A stretch of 46,237 nucleotides of DNA from Nemertoderma westbladi (taxonomy: Eukaryota > Animalia > Xenacoelomorpha), in contig JAUCBJ010007258.1 of NCBI GenBank assembly GCA_032718475.1, positions 1 through 46,237 on the forward strand. The letters run 5' to 3'. Below the pieces are notes generated by a model. That model saw nothing but the letters and a program-made list of their open reading frames with translations. It did not search any database and was not told the origin of the DNA. How positions within the stretch are numbered: position 1 is the stretch's first letter; the number at the start of each line of letters is the position of its first letter. This document shows, in pieces, positions 23,421 to 35,800 of the stretch. A program made the position numbers and the translations under genes.

Positions 23421-24071
23421 AATATAATAGCCTCGCGCAGGTGCAGGCGCATACCATGCAAAATTTGAACACCCATATCTCAGCTATTTTTCAACGAAAT
23501 TCAAATTGTGTTACATATTTGGAATCCTTGCAGGGCCAGCTTTCCATTGGTACAAACAAACAGCTAGCTATACAAGGTAGAAGAATTACTGCGGTGTAAC
23601 TGGTGTAATATCTCTGGAGACACTTTTTTTAAACGCATGTAGCTAAAGATTGAAAGCAAAAATAAAAATTCTGGCTCATCCAGTCAGTGGTTGGGAAGTG
23701 AAACTATCTCTGTTTCAAATTTTATGCAATCTCATTACGATTTGTAAAAAAATTAGGGGGGGGGGGGGGGCGTGTCACTGAATTACGACACTATATTCTG
23801 GGACATGGTGTACAGTAGTAGTACAGCTACTGCTACAGCTACTATACTACAAATAATTTCAAAATATTGTGGTTGCCAATCGAATTTTACAAGTTATTTT
23901 GTAATTGTGGTCGATTTAGTGACCTCTGCCCCCTTAATACAAACACATGCTGTATAACGAGTAATGACTTTGTACTTACATAAATGGTGGTCTTTGAATG
24001 TTTTGAAAACCCATTTTTCAATGTTTTAAAATTAACTTAGTCATTGTTACTCCTTCTCAGTATATTTTCTA

Positions 24072-24307
24072 GCATAGCAACCGCACCTATACTTTGTTCC
24101 AGCCCTCCTGTGTTTCGACGCGGCGGTTCCGACCTTCTTCTTCTTGCTTCCTGTAGTTCCTTCTCCATATTTGGCTTCCATCGTTGATGCAAACTGCATC
24201 CATAATACCGCCTTGAAAGGAACTACAGGAGGCAAGAAGAAGAAGTTCGGAACCGCCGCGTCGAGGGACAGGAGGGTTGGAACAAAGTATAGGCGTGGTT
24301 GCTATGC
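24072..24307. mobile_element. Palindromic MITE-like element flanked by TA
   Basis: ~91-bp inverted arms (24072-24162 and 24217-24307, about 8 mismatches) around a ~54-bp spacer; TA at 24070-24071 and 24308-24309. Confidence 0.75.
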
Positions 24308-24815
24308 TACAGTCATAATAATTATGCAATCATAATAATTTGGCTGGGGATCGTTAGAGGTGTAGTCAACCCAAATCCTGAAATGTAAAAACGTAAATGT
24401 GAATCCTAGAATGATTGATCTTCTAAAACTACAGTATTTAACCTTGATAAAGCTATTTACAGTTAGAGTAGTAGAGCAAATTATTAAACCAAGTCATCTT
24501 ATAAATCTTATTGTGTTGAAATTTAGACAGTGGCGTACACAATGGCGCACATTGACCGCATGAGAAAGGTAATATGCGACGTGCTGACGTGCATATGAAG
24601 AAGAGTTTTGTTTATTGTTTTGGTTACATTGTAAACTGCCCCTTTCCCTTATTGCTTTAAATGAATTAAGTTTTTCAATCCACTATACAGATATTTTGTG
24701 TTTGCGGTTAATTTGCGCCAATAACTCTCCAAATTTTAGTTTTTGCCTTTATTATTATTATAGCGACTGTGTACACAACAAGCACCACCCAACCAGTAAA
24801 TGAAATGAAACTTAC

Positions 24816-25032
24816 TAATGGTAGAATTAGCGGTTGAAACAAAGAAGATTGATCCAGAAAAGTCCCATTTTTCCTGTTTTGAATCTTCAATGTGGTATGC
24901 ACCACATAGTGCCCCGACTATTACATAAATCACCATCAATATAAAGATAATAAATAAACGAACATTTTCCATAGAAAATAATATGGAGTAGATGGATGCC
25001 ACCTTGTTGCCTCTGTTATCCTCTTCAACCAT
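24816..25032 (-). pseudogene. First exon of a two-pore-domain (K2P/KCNK, THIK/TASK-like) potassium channel, degenerate or highly divergent
   Basis: ENVRLFIIFILMVIYVIVGA (TM1) and WDFSGSIFFVSTANSTI (pore helix 1), then a phase-1 GTAAGT donor at 24815, the usual K2P intron position inside TIG. Confidence 0.7.
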
Positions 25033-25580
25033 GTCGCATATAAATTATGTAGAAACACTGCGATAAATGAGCAGTCGAATAATATTAGCAGTTTTAGGAT
25101 GAATAAATAATTAGTTAATAGTAATTAATTTCTTGGAATATTATTTTCATTGAAATGTCATTTAAATTTATATTTAACCCTTTCCCACATTAATTTTTTT
25201 CCGTTTAAATTTAATTATTATTTTCTTCTTTTTCATTTTCTTGGTAGTCTATTATTATACTGTATTTATCAGTATCCATGACAGCAGGTGCAAACATACG
25301 TTTTTATAGAATTAAATATTTTTTACAAATATATTGTATATAAAATAATTAATATTTAATAATAATATATATTATAATAATATATAATAATAATATTTAA
25401 AAAAATAATTAATAATTAATAAAATATGTTATTATATATAAATATCGCATCCAAAACTGAGAACTTATATCAGAGTTTATCCAATTTTGTAGAAGACATC
25501 ATCCTCCTTCTGGATGTTGGGATTTCCCACCATGGTTTAATCCCTAACGAGGAACTCTCCCCCATACTAGACAACTTTAT

Positions 25581-25800
25581 TGTGGGGCGAGCCACGAAGT
25601 GAGTGAGCCTTAGCGTAGGGGTACCATTAATCAACCTGTCGTTCTGTCGTTCTGTCGCGTTTTTTTTTCAGTATTTTATTTAAACGTTAATAACTCGGCC
25701 AATCCTTGATGAAATCTATCCAAACTTGGTACACATGTTGTTTGGCAAAAGTTTGAAAATTTTCCAAGTAGAATTTGCGTGGGGCCTTCGTGTAGCATAA
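25581..25800 (+). mobile_element. HINE/Helentron-like non-autonomous element, copy 1 (3' boundary uncertain)
   Basis: Shares TGTGGGGCGAGCCACGAAGTG..., a (CTGTCGTT)n microsatellite and CCAAACTTGGTACACATG with 44251 onward; CAC-GAA-GTG mini-hairpin near the 5' end. Confidence 0.6.
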
Positions 25801-27339
25801 GTGTAACTGTTATTGCAGTTATAATAAATTTATTTATCCAAATTTAAAATGCGTTAAATTATTATTACTGTAGGATAAATCAGCTGGGTTTCTGACAAAT
25901 TTTGCAATACATACATTTCCAATCTGCATGTACCATGTGTACCGGTACTGTCAGGCTGTACTCAATCCCTGAATCGAGAATCCTGCAATCAGTCAATACT
26001 GCAATACAGGTCAGCCGGTACCATACACTGCAGACATGCCATATCATGTAATCTAATTAAACATGGCCCTGTGGCCCCGGCAACCCTTGCGGTGATTATA
26101 GTTTAGGCCTAATTAGCCCAGTACCGGCACCGGTAATACAGTAATAATAATATAATAGTTTAGATAGTTACCGCTAATCATTCAGTCATTGCTGCATTGG
26201 CACGGTACACCGTATTGCTGTACTGCCGTTGTAATGCGCACCGTAGGTACCACCCTACTACCGGTACCGGCTGACCGTTGGCAACTAGCACTTCAGCACT
26301 TTCACAGCAACAGCACTACCGGCGATATACAGGTTGGAATTTAGTAGAGTTTGCTCAACAGTACAGATATAAAATAGTTATCTAAATTATATATATTACT
26401 ATTGACAAGTATTGAAATATATACCGTTATTCGTGTTATCAGTATTTGCAACATCTGACATTGAAGAGGTGAGAGAAGATGAATACCGGCACTAACAAAA
26501 CCAACGCTTATCACAGGTCGGTATGGTTACCTCGAAACCGGCGCGACTGTCCACTCGAATACAACTTCAAAACACAAACGCCAACAATAAACTGAAAGCG
26601 AATCGAACGTCTTCAGAAGAATCTGTCATTGGGACGAAGAAAAGGAAGCCGAAACCACGGGAATGGACCACAGCTAAGATTGAATGCTCCCATTGTCAGA
26701 GTTCTTGGACCGAAATTGCTGAATTGAAACACCAATTGCCGATGGGCTTGATCTCTCAAACCAAAACTTCCTCTGCGGGGTTTGCGCGGCAGTAAAGATT
26801 GAAAGTCTGGAAGCTGGCATCCCTAGGTATTATTATTATAAAGAGCGTCAGCCTGCGTTTAATAAATATATTTTAATACAAAACAGGTCGAACGCAATGA
26901 GGCTTATAATGAAGACGAGTACTGCATTGATTATATTCCTATAAACCACCTGGCTTTGCATATTGAACGTGCGTTTGGAAATAAGTTCGTGCTACCCTTC
27001 CGTGGGTGGTAGATGTCGCGGTTATGTATTGGTGGGTGGGGGGAGGGGGGGGGGGGGTGCAGATTAAAAGGGGTGAACACGTACTGTCCCCCTTTCTTTG
27101 ATTAATTGGTGGTGTGGGTTAATCTCTCATAACCTGATTTTGTGATACAGTCGCACAATTTTAATTTGTATCTCATAACTGGGCCTCGTGCTGCGCGAAG
27201 GCCCCACGAACGTGTTCTCATCTGGTTTCGTTGAATCCATCCAAATCTCCATCTGCGGCTCTTCTCGACCCGCCCATCGATGCCCGGTAGCACAAACTTG
27301 GTTCCAATTGAAAAGAATTTAGTTCCAAAATAAATTTTA

Positions 27340-27600
27340 CAAAGCGAACTTAGTTCGAATCGAGGCGAACTTAGTTCCAATCCCAGAATATCAAAACGAA
27401 CTTAGTTCCACTGATGCGAATTTAGTTAAAAAGCATGCAAACTTAGTTCCAATGCATGCGAACTTAGTTCCAATGCATGCGAACTTAGTTCCAATGCATG
27501 CGAACTTAGTTCCAATGCATGCGAACTTAGTTCCAATGCATGCGAATTTAGTTCCAAAGGAGGCGAATTTAGTTCCAATGGATGCGAACTTAGTTCCAAT
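27340..27600 (+). repeat. 21-bp minisatellite GCGAACTTAGTTCCAATGCAT
   Basis: About a dozen units, several identical (27450-27545). Confidence 0.9.
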
Positions 27601-27896
27601 GTTTCAATCGTGGGGATAGCCACGTAGTAGGCGAAGCCTATTGCGTATTGCCACTATTTGGGGTGGGTCAGGGTCAGCAATAATTGTAAATAATTGTAAA
27701 ACCCTTCTGAAATTTATAAAAAAACGAATAATTATTAATGAATTAAGTGTATAATTACACATTTTGAAATATATATTAATCACGAGTATACTGATACTGG
27801 CTGACTGAGTCTGTAGTATTATAAACTCAAGTCATGCATATTGTGCCATTTTCACACAAAATACAATATTTACCAGTTGTTTCGGTTTAGGTAGAT

Positions 27897-28023
27897 GGGC
27901 GTTGTTTGGGTTATGATGTTGGGCGTTGTTTGGGTTAGGAGGTTAGGCGTAGTTTGGGTTAAAAGAGCATGGGCGTTTTTTGGGATAAGATTGTTTTGGT
28001 TAAGAGGTTGGGCATTTTGGGTT
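27897..28023 (+). repeat. Degenerate ~24-bp G/T-rich minisatellite (GGGCGTTGTTTGGGTTA...)
   Basis: About five units visible in the foldback spacer. Confidence 0.7.
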
Positions 28024-28282
28024 ACTGTAGTTATTTACAATTATTATTTAACCATTCACCTAATAGTGTCATTAAACAGATTCTTCGCCAACTACGTGGC
28101 TCGCCCCACACCTGAAACATTGGAACTAAATTCGCATCCATTGGAACTAAATTCGTTTTCGTTTTTCTTTGGTTATTGGAACTAAGTTCGCCTAAATTTG
28201 AACTAAATTCGCCAAAATTGGAACTAAATTCGTTCCATTGGAACTAAATTCGCATGAGGCTTAAATTAGAATTAAGTACGGG

Positions 28283-29121
28283 TAATCAAAATTCTCGCCA
28301 TTAATTGGAAACTTTGGCGCTGAGAACACACTTCGATTTTCTTACTGCCTAAAATATCCGTGGAAACATTACGGGCAGTTGAAGGGGTGGAAATAAGTGA
28401 ACTCTACTACTTACTCTACAGACACCTTTTATACCTTTTAGACTGGTAAAAAATCTAACTCTTTTTCTAGAATCAACCCTTACGGGTCAAAGGTCAAAGT
28501 TCAAAAATTTTTTAAAAATATTTATTCAGGAACAGTTTGCATTGCAAGATAATAAGCATTTATTAACTAAGCCATTGAGTAATAATTTTTATTGTTTTTT
28601 TTAACCTGCGATATATCTAAATAGTGAGAATCGAGGTAGACCAGTTGCAGGGTTGGCCATTTTTGTTCGAAATTTATTATTAGAACATTGTTCACATTAT
28701 CAATTAGAAAGTCAAGTAATTATAGAATGCAGTCAATGTCGTGTGAATTTCCTAAGTTGAAATTTGGACTGATTAATTCATATTTTCCGTTAGATTCTCG
28801 TCTGACAGACGTAGTGTCTAATGAATTGGTGGGTGTACTTAACGATATTGGGGGTTTTATTCAGAGTGCTTTTAGCAATAATATTCGCAATGTTTTATGA
28901 ACCGGGGATATTAACTCTGATTTTCGATGTTCAACGGCACATGTCAATACGGTAAAAATTTTTATTAATTATAAACATTTGTCGGTTTTATGGGATACCT
29001 ATCCCGTACCGTAGCGTTTACTCATTTGGTAGAAATAAACGGCGCTGTGCATTTATCTAAAATTGATGACTTTTGTTTATATCCGATCCTATTAAGGAGA
29101 TCTGTATTGAAGGTGGTACTA
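28283..29121 (+). mobile_element. Decayed APE-endonuclease LINE fragment, first tandem copy (carries the empty RTE site)
   Basis: Near-identical to 29300-29426 plus 31238-31941; motifs GRPVAGLAI, INSYFP, GDINSDF, SKIDD. Confidence 0.8.
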
Positions 29122-29225
29122 CCCTGCAAACCACCAACGTTAATCTAACGTTGGGTTTATGTTAGACATTCGTTAAAAAATGACAGTTAGAATTTAACCA
29201 TAAACCTACGTTAAAAAACGTTAGA
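29122..29225 (+). mobile_element. Short terminus of a DNA-transposon-like element (CCCTGCAAAC, AACGTT repeats)
   Basis: Interrupts the LINE copy right after a TA; starts CCC and has repeated AACGTT motifs resembling animal EnSpm-like non-autonomous ends. Confidence 0.35.
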
Positions 29226-29426
29226 ATTCTGTCATTAGAATTATAATTAGAATTAGAATTAGAATTCTGTCAATTAGAACTAAGTTCGAATATAAGGGGA
29301 ATCAAAATTCTCGCATTAATTGGAAACTTTGGCGCTGAGAACACACTTCGATTTTCTTACTGCCTAAAATATCCGTGGAAACATTACGGGCAGTTGAAAG
29401 GGTGGAAATAAGTGAACTCTACTACT

Positions 29427-31228
29427 ACTACTAGGATCGGCATGCTGCATTGCAGCTGCATTTTTAAGAATGCTGTGCCGGCTTATCGACAAAATTGCAC
29501 CGCCACAACTCCCTATCACCCATGACATTTTGCTAGATCATCCGCATCTTCAAGGCCAGTGTCCTTTAAGATGCGTCTCAAGAAAGTCATGGGCTGTCCA
29601 CCATGCTTATTCACTCCATGAGGCTGCCAAAGTACAAGATAATGCACTGGCTGGTCCTCACGGCGAAAGCAATGTCCTGCAAAGCGGAGGCGATTTTGTT
29701 CTAGTGTCAAGCTTGGGGGAACCAATGAGACACCTCCAATGTTATATAGTGTCTGGTTGGAGATGTGTGCATTGTACTTGACACAATGAACCCGGCGTAG
29801 CATTCTTGTGAATGTGCCATCCAGAGATTTGGTGTCCTCAGCAGTTAGAGCCCAGCATGGACTCCCGTAGAGGAGTACTGGAACTACTGCTGCTCTAAAT
29901 AATCGGACCTTAAGTTTCCGATTAATTCTCGATGACTTCCAAATCCTGGAAAGCCTATTCAAGGCTGCCCATGCCTTTCCCTTACGTATTCGAAGGTCCT
30001 CACCTGACTTCCGGATCCATGATCCCAGGTAACAGAAGTCGTCCACATGCTCAAGCATACCATCCTTTGAGCTTATTCTCATCCGATCAGAGACTTGCTG
30101 AGGACTTTCAAAGTTAACTGTCAAAATTTTGGTCTTTCTGGAGTTAATAAAAAGACCAACACTAGAAGCAGCATGTTCTAATGAGCTGAGAAGCCGTTGG
30201 GCTCCCTCTAGTGATTCTGAGAGTACTCCTAAGTCATCAGCAAAGTCTAGATCAGTTAGGTACTTGGCAGGATTTCCTCGACTTCTGGAGCCAGTAGGTG
30301 GAGTTATCATCACCCCATCATCATTATGATGATCTAAGGACATGCGTAGAACATAGTCAACAACAATTATGAACAAGAATGGTGCAAGTGTGTCTCCCTG
30401 GAGGACGCCCCATAACACTTCAAATGGTTCTGTGTCACCGTCAACAGTAGACACAAATGTTGTCGAACCATCGTATACTGATCTGATTGCTGCAATAATT
30501 TCATCAGGAATCCCATATAATGAAAGTATGCTGAACATACGTGAGCGAGAGACTGAATCAAAGGCCTTGAAGAAGTCAACAAAGATAACAGCCAGATGCC
30601 TGTCTTTCTTTTTTGATAACTCTTCAATTATCCTTCTAAGTGCCAAAATGGGCTCCATGGTCCCACGACCTTTACGGAACCCATTCTGATTTCCACGGAG
30701 CAGTCTCTCAATGGGATCCCTGATGCGATTTAATAGAATTATATTGTATAGCTTTGCAGCAATCGAGATCGATGAGATTCCCCGAAAAGAACCATAGAGT
30801 GTTAGGTTGCCCTTCTTGGGAACTGGCACCAACTTATTTGTTTTCAGTTCTTGTGGGACTCTTGTTGTACGGTACATGTCTACTATGATGGGATAGATGA
30901 GCTTTAAACACTCAGGTATTTTAAAGACCTCAGGGGAACACCATCTACTCCACTGGCACGATTGGTCTTAATGCTCTTTGCAGCAGCCTTCACTTCTGCA
31001 AAGGAGATATCACCAATGGGAATATCTGGGAGTACAGACTCAGACACTTTTACTTCTATAAAGTTATCAGGCAATACCCTGTCATTATTGAGGAGCTTTT
31101 CAAAGTGTGCCTTCCAACCATTGAGGCGATCGGCTGGTGATTCAGCCTTAACCTTGGTGGTTGGTTGGCTTTTTCGACCAGCAAGCAAGTTGATCGATCT
31201 CCATGCCTGGGACGATTTCCTGCTGTCG
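29427..31228 (-). mobile_element. 5'-truncated RTE-clade LINE with (TAG)n tail and 9-bp TSD TCTACTACT
   Basis: TSD at 29418-29426 and 31229-31237; the uninterrupted site is at ~28403-28411. Confidence 0.93.
29516..30877 (-). CDS. RTE reverse transcriptase (partial; frameshifted from the upstream part 30904-31188)
   Basis: PVPKKG, FRGIS, QNGFRKGR, FVDFFKAFDSV, GVLQGDTLAPFLF, DFADD, YLGS, LLYGSPCW. Confidence 0.9.
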   Translation of the reverse strand: MYRTTRVPQELKTNKLVPVPKKGNLTLYGSFRGISSISIAAKLYNIILLNRIRDPIERLLRGNQNGFRKGRGTMEPILALRRIIEELSKKKDRHLAVIFVDFFKAFDSVSRSRMFSILSLYGIPDEIIAAIRSVYDGSTTFVSTVDGDTEPFEVLWGVLQGDTLAPFLFIIVVDYVLRMSLDHHNDDGVMITPPTGSRSRGNPAKYLTDLDFADDLGVLSESLEGAQRLLSSLEHAASSVGLFINSRKTKILTVNFESPQQVSDRMRISSKDGMLEHVDDFCYLGSWIRKSGEDLRIRKGKAWAALNRLSRIWKSSRINRKLKVRLFRAAVVPVLLYGSPCWALTAEDTKSLDGTFTRMLRRVHCVKYNAHISNQTLYNIGGVSLVPPSLTLEQNRLRFAGHCFRREDQPVHYLVLWQPHGVNKHGGQPMTFLRRILKDTGLEDADDLAKCHG

Positions 31229-32846
31229 TCTACTACTTACTCTACAGACACGTTTTATACTTTTTAGACTGGTAAAAAATCTAACTCTTTTTCTAAAATC
31301 AACTCTTAAGGGTCAAAGGTCAAAGTTCATAATTTTTTTAAAAATATTTATTCAGGAACAGTTTGCATTGCAAGATAATAAGCCTTTATTAACTAAGCCA
31401 TTGAGTAATAATTTTTATTGTTTTTTTGAACCTGCGATATATCTAAATAGTGAGAATCGAGGTAGACCAGTTGCAGGGTTGGCCATTTTTGTTCGAAATT
31501 TATTATTAGAACATTGTTCACATTATCAATTAGAAAGTCAAGTAATTATAGAATGCAGTCAATGTCGTGTGAATTTCCTAAGTTGAAATTTGAACTGATT
31601 AATTCATATTTTCCGTTAGATTCTCGTCTGACAGACGTAGTGTCTAATGAATTGGTGGGTGTACTTAACGATATTGGGGGTTTTATTCAGAGTGCTTTTA
31701 GCAATAATATTCGCAATGTTTTATGAACAGGGGATATTAACTCTGATTTTCGATGTTCAACGGCACATGTCAATACGGTAAAATTTTTTATTAATGATAA
31801 ACATTAGTCGGTTTTATGGGATACCTATCCCGTAGCGTTTACTCATTTGGTAGAAATAAACGGCGCTGTGCATTTATCTACAATTGATGACTTTTGTTTA
31901 TATCCGATCCTATCAAGGAGATCTGTATTGAAGGTGGTACTATCGATTCAGGTGTTAATTTATCGAACCACAGTGCAATTTATATGAAGTTTAATGCTGA
32001 AATGGGATCAGATCATTTATTTAGTACTGGTATTGATACTCAAATTGATTCTAGAATAAATTTTTCTAAAGCAAGTAACGATGAAAATAAATTATTTTTA
32101 GAATCATTGGTGAACAATTTGAATACTTTGCTGGTTATTGAATATGGGTATTTTCACTGTAATAATACTAATTGTAATTGAGGCTGTTGAATCGTACATG
32201 TCAGATATTTTAGAATCTCTAAATAATGCTGCTGAATGTTTACCGATAACTTTAAAAAAAGGTTGGGAAAAAATGAAACACTACCAGGGTTGAATGACTT
32301 TGTTCGTCCTTTATATGGGGACGCCATGTTTTGGCACAGTGTGAGGGCAGCAGCCGGTCGACCTGATGCGCATAATAATGAATATTTATTTCATATGCGG
32401 AGAATGTTGAGATTGCGGTATAAAGCGGCAGTAAAACGCCTGAAAAGAAATTGTAATATAGTTACAAAGGACAAGTTGTTTAATGCGTGTATAAATAACA
32501 GATCAAATTTGTTTGTAGAGATTCGAAAATTGCGTGGCCAGTCGGGAGTCAGAAGTAATGTTATAGACGGACTTTCTACCGAACCAGAGATCGCAGAAAG
32601 GTTTTCGAGTATTTACAAGGACTTATTCAACAAAAACAGTAATAATGAGATGTCGGAAGTTGATTCTAAACTATTTTCAAAATTGCAAAATCTTGTTGAA
32701 GGGTGGTAAATCAGATGTTGAATTCGGTTTTACATCAGATTGCTTAATTAATGGACCAGGAAAGCCTCGGCCACGCCTCGGCTAGTTCCTGTTCCTCGGG
32801 TTAAAATAACCGGAAAAATAACAAAATATCAGGGTAATAAATATAG

Positions 32847-35800
32847 ATGTCTGTTCCTAAGTGATACTGCCTGACAGTATATTAGATCAGTTTGTGACCC
32901 AGATAGCGGTTCAGTAAAGAGCCCTGCAAAATCCAAGATGCCCCATACTGTAAGAAAGGTTACTCCTAAGATAGCTATTAGGGAACCTGAGTTGGTGGAA
33001 CACCATAGATCCATCATAGGTACTAGGACTACTAGGACTAGGTACTAGGTGAAGCAAGTTCAAAATGCTGAAGCGGCTGCGGCTGTGAAAAGGCCAACCT
33101 AAACAGCCAGCGTAGGACAACCACTCCAATGCCAGTAGTAGTTGTATTACTAGTTCTGAAGAAGAAGCGGCACCCGGGGCACCACCAAAAAAAGACGCTA
33201 TCTCTATTTGTCAGACTATCTAAGGTTTATAGGAGATCAGGACTTAAGGAGATGTCTGGCAGGACTAGACCCATGTAGTGAGACAGCCAATATGATATTA
33301 GACGCATTAGATGCCGAGATAGAAGTTGTAGAGCAAGCTAAGATCGCCAAAAATAATCACATTGCCCTGGAGAAGGCCAAGGAAATGAGAGATTTAATCG
33401 ATAGGGAAAGAAAAGCTGAAGCCGAAGTTAAAGCAGCGGAAGCCGAAGCGAAAGGAGAAGCCAAAGCAGCTGATGCCGCAGCGAAAAGAGTGGAAACCAA
33501 AAGGGAAAGAAAGGCAGTGGAAGCATTAGCTCAACTAGAATAAGAGACTATCAGAGAACAACAAGAACCACAAAGAAAACAAGGTGAAGCAGCCAAGATG
33601 CAAATCAGAAGTCGGTCAACTCCTAAAAAACATGGATTTCTTACCTCATCGGATGAAGATACTACTACAGAATCTGAGCATAGGAGCTATAAATCCAATT
33701 CGAATGCACGTAGACGAGCTCCTATAGGACGCAAGTAACCTAAGTTCCCCCCCCCCCCCCCCCCACCCCACCCCCTAATTAGCTAGCACTGATTTAAAGT
33801 CTGGCGAATCAATATCCAAAATTGTTCAGTCTTAGATGAGCCTGAAATACGTAGGCCTCTCATCAAGTCAATCCCACTAGTTGAGACTCCATTAATAATA
33901 GGTCCTGATTCTAAATTTCCTTTGGAAGATACCAATCCTCCCTTAACGAGTAGCCAAATCCCAGAGTCTATGATTAGCGCCAATAAAGGAGGGCGCGAAT
34001 CCTTTGGGCGCGGTTTGTCCCCCGTCGCCTCTAGTACTCATCCGCTCTGAGCCACACCATTGGCGTACCCCATTCAATCAGCTGAGTGGATTGAGGAAGG
34101 GTGATGGGAGATGGCTAAGCTCAGAAAGGAGCTGGCCCAAAATAAAAATAGATCAATTGATCAGTTAAGGGATTTGGAAAGTACTGTAAATTCGCTCAAG
34201 GGAACTGTAAAAGAACATAAAATTGAATTGCAAGATGTACAGCAATGGATTGCATTGGAAAGCGATAAATTAGTTAATTAACATACAAAAGGGTATACCA
34301 CCACCCCCTGTAACTGTATTTAAGCCTCTTAGGTCTGAATCGTATAATGCGCAAGGTGTGAAGCCTACCCCTACATACATATACACTGCTAGTGAAGTGG
34401 AAACCCCTATAGCAAACAATACAAATAGACCAACTTATATAACATACATGACTCTGTATTATGGAACAGTGAAAAGTTACGATTCCTCATCGAATGCTTG
34501 GAAGGTCCTCCCAAATTGGTTGGCGCTAAAGTTCATGGGACATCTGCATGGATTGAAATAAGTCTGGGATACACTCAATATCAGGTATGGAAATAGAACT
34601 AAAATAGCTAGGTATTTGTATGCTAAATTAGTAGCTCCCAGGAAATTCCCTAGTAATGGATTCATAGAGTTTTCGGATGTGATTTAGGAAATCTGTAGAC
34701 AGTTAGATTGGTTAGATAAATCTGTGGAGTACCAAAGTTCGATGGTAGTAGGAGCTGTACCTGCGTCCTTGCCAAAGGGCAGAGTAGGAACTCGTTGGGA
34801 CAAAAAGGTTCTGTACTTTGCGGACCATCATGGGAGAGATCCCAAAATGGCAAACCTTATTGAGTTCCTAACATGAGAGGTGAGATTACAGCTTATTAGA
34901 CAGTCTAGAGAGAAGACTCCGGAAACTAAGGTAAGTGAAAAACCCATTACTAGGCGCAAGATAACTCCTGGCTGCTATACTGAATATGAGAGTCAAACTT
35001 CTTGTGACAAGGAAAGCAGTCAAGATACCACAGAGATATATTATACCAACAAAGGTAAAGATATAGGTAAACACAAAGTTAAGACCAATAATAACAAGAG
35101 AGAACATTTCAAAACTCCTCCGACGACACCCAAGAGGATTCCTGGTAAGTAACCCGAAGAGAAACTCGTGTGCAAAACACTTTTCCACCAAAGGATACCA
35201 ACCTTAAACCTATGTGTGTCTTATGCGAAGGGCCACACTACCTGTGTAAGTGTGAGGAATTACTACAAAAGGACCTTAAGGACAGGCGTAGTGTAACTTG
35301 GGATAAGAGGTTAGGTTACAACTGTTTGATAAAAGGACATCAGCGGAAGACTTGTTATTTACACTCTAAGTGTGCTAAGTATGGAGCTAAACACCATTCG
35401 TTGCTACACAGTGAGTTTGACAAGGTAAGTGAACCTGAAATGCACGTACATTTCAGTGATGTGAATGACACAGACCAGAGTTCGGAGATGGAAGGATTCT
35501 ACACTGATGAGTTTTCCAATGAAAACGAATCCTGCTACATGATTAATGCTGCCATCTATAGAGCCCTTACCGCCTTACCCATGAAACCACAATTGATGGA
35601 GAGGAAGTTAAACCACCAATTCCTGATAAACACGTATTGTGGAAGTTCCCTCAACCATCTATTAGCATTAGAGAGTTTCCCGTGGTGCAGCTCAGGATAC
35701 ATGGACAAGGTAAGAGTTTGATAGTGAACGCCTTCCTTGATTCAGGTAGTACAGGCACCTTTATAGACAAAGATCTCGCAGAAGACATATTTGCTGGACA

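Larger units (their letters stand above)
27283..28282. mobile_element. Foldback-type DNA element with long inverted arms built from 21-bp repeats (possibly EnSpm/CACTA-like)
   Basis: Left arm has CGAA(C/T)TTAGTTCCAA repeats ending GTGGGG..AGCCACGTAGT.GGCGAAG (~27636); the right arm 28083-28270 is its reverse complement; left end CCCGGTAGCAC. Confidence 0.65.
29300..32709 (+). mobile_element. Decayed APE-endonuclease LINE ORF2 5' part, second copy (interrupted by the RTE)
   Basis: FIQEQF, GRPVAGLAIF, GDINSDF, NLSNHSAI, then the linker PGLNDFVRP...FWHSVR...RLRYKAAVKRLKR; truncated before RT. Confidence 0.8.

Noticed and set aside
23426-23812. Possible non-autonomous DNA transposon ending CTGGGACATGGTG-TA
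   Set aside because: Looks repeat-like, but no matching second terminus or second copy in the window.
24047-24335. Overlapping short ORFs on both strands with similar peptides
   Set aside because: Consequence of the DNA palindrome.
27340-27623. CRISPR-like regular repeats and the ELSSHAL ORF
   Set aside because: Contiguous 21-bp tandem units with no unique spacers, no cas genes and a eukaryotic context; the ORF is a by-product of the repeat.
27897-28023. Telomere-like TTTGGG/TTAGG repeats
   Set aside because: Period is about 24 bp and degenerate, not a telomeric array.
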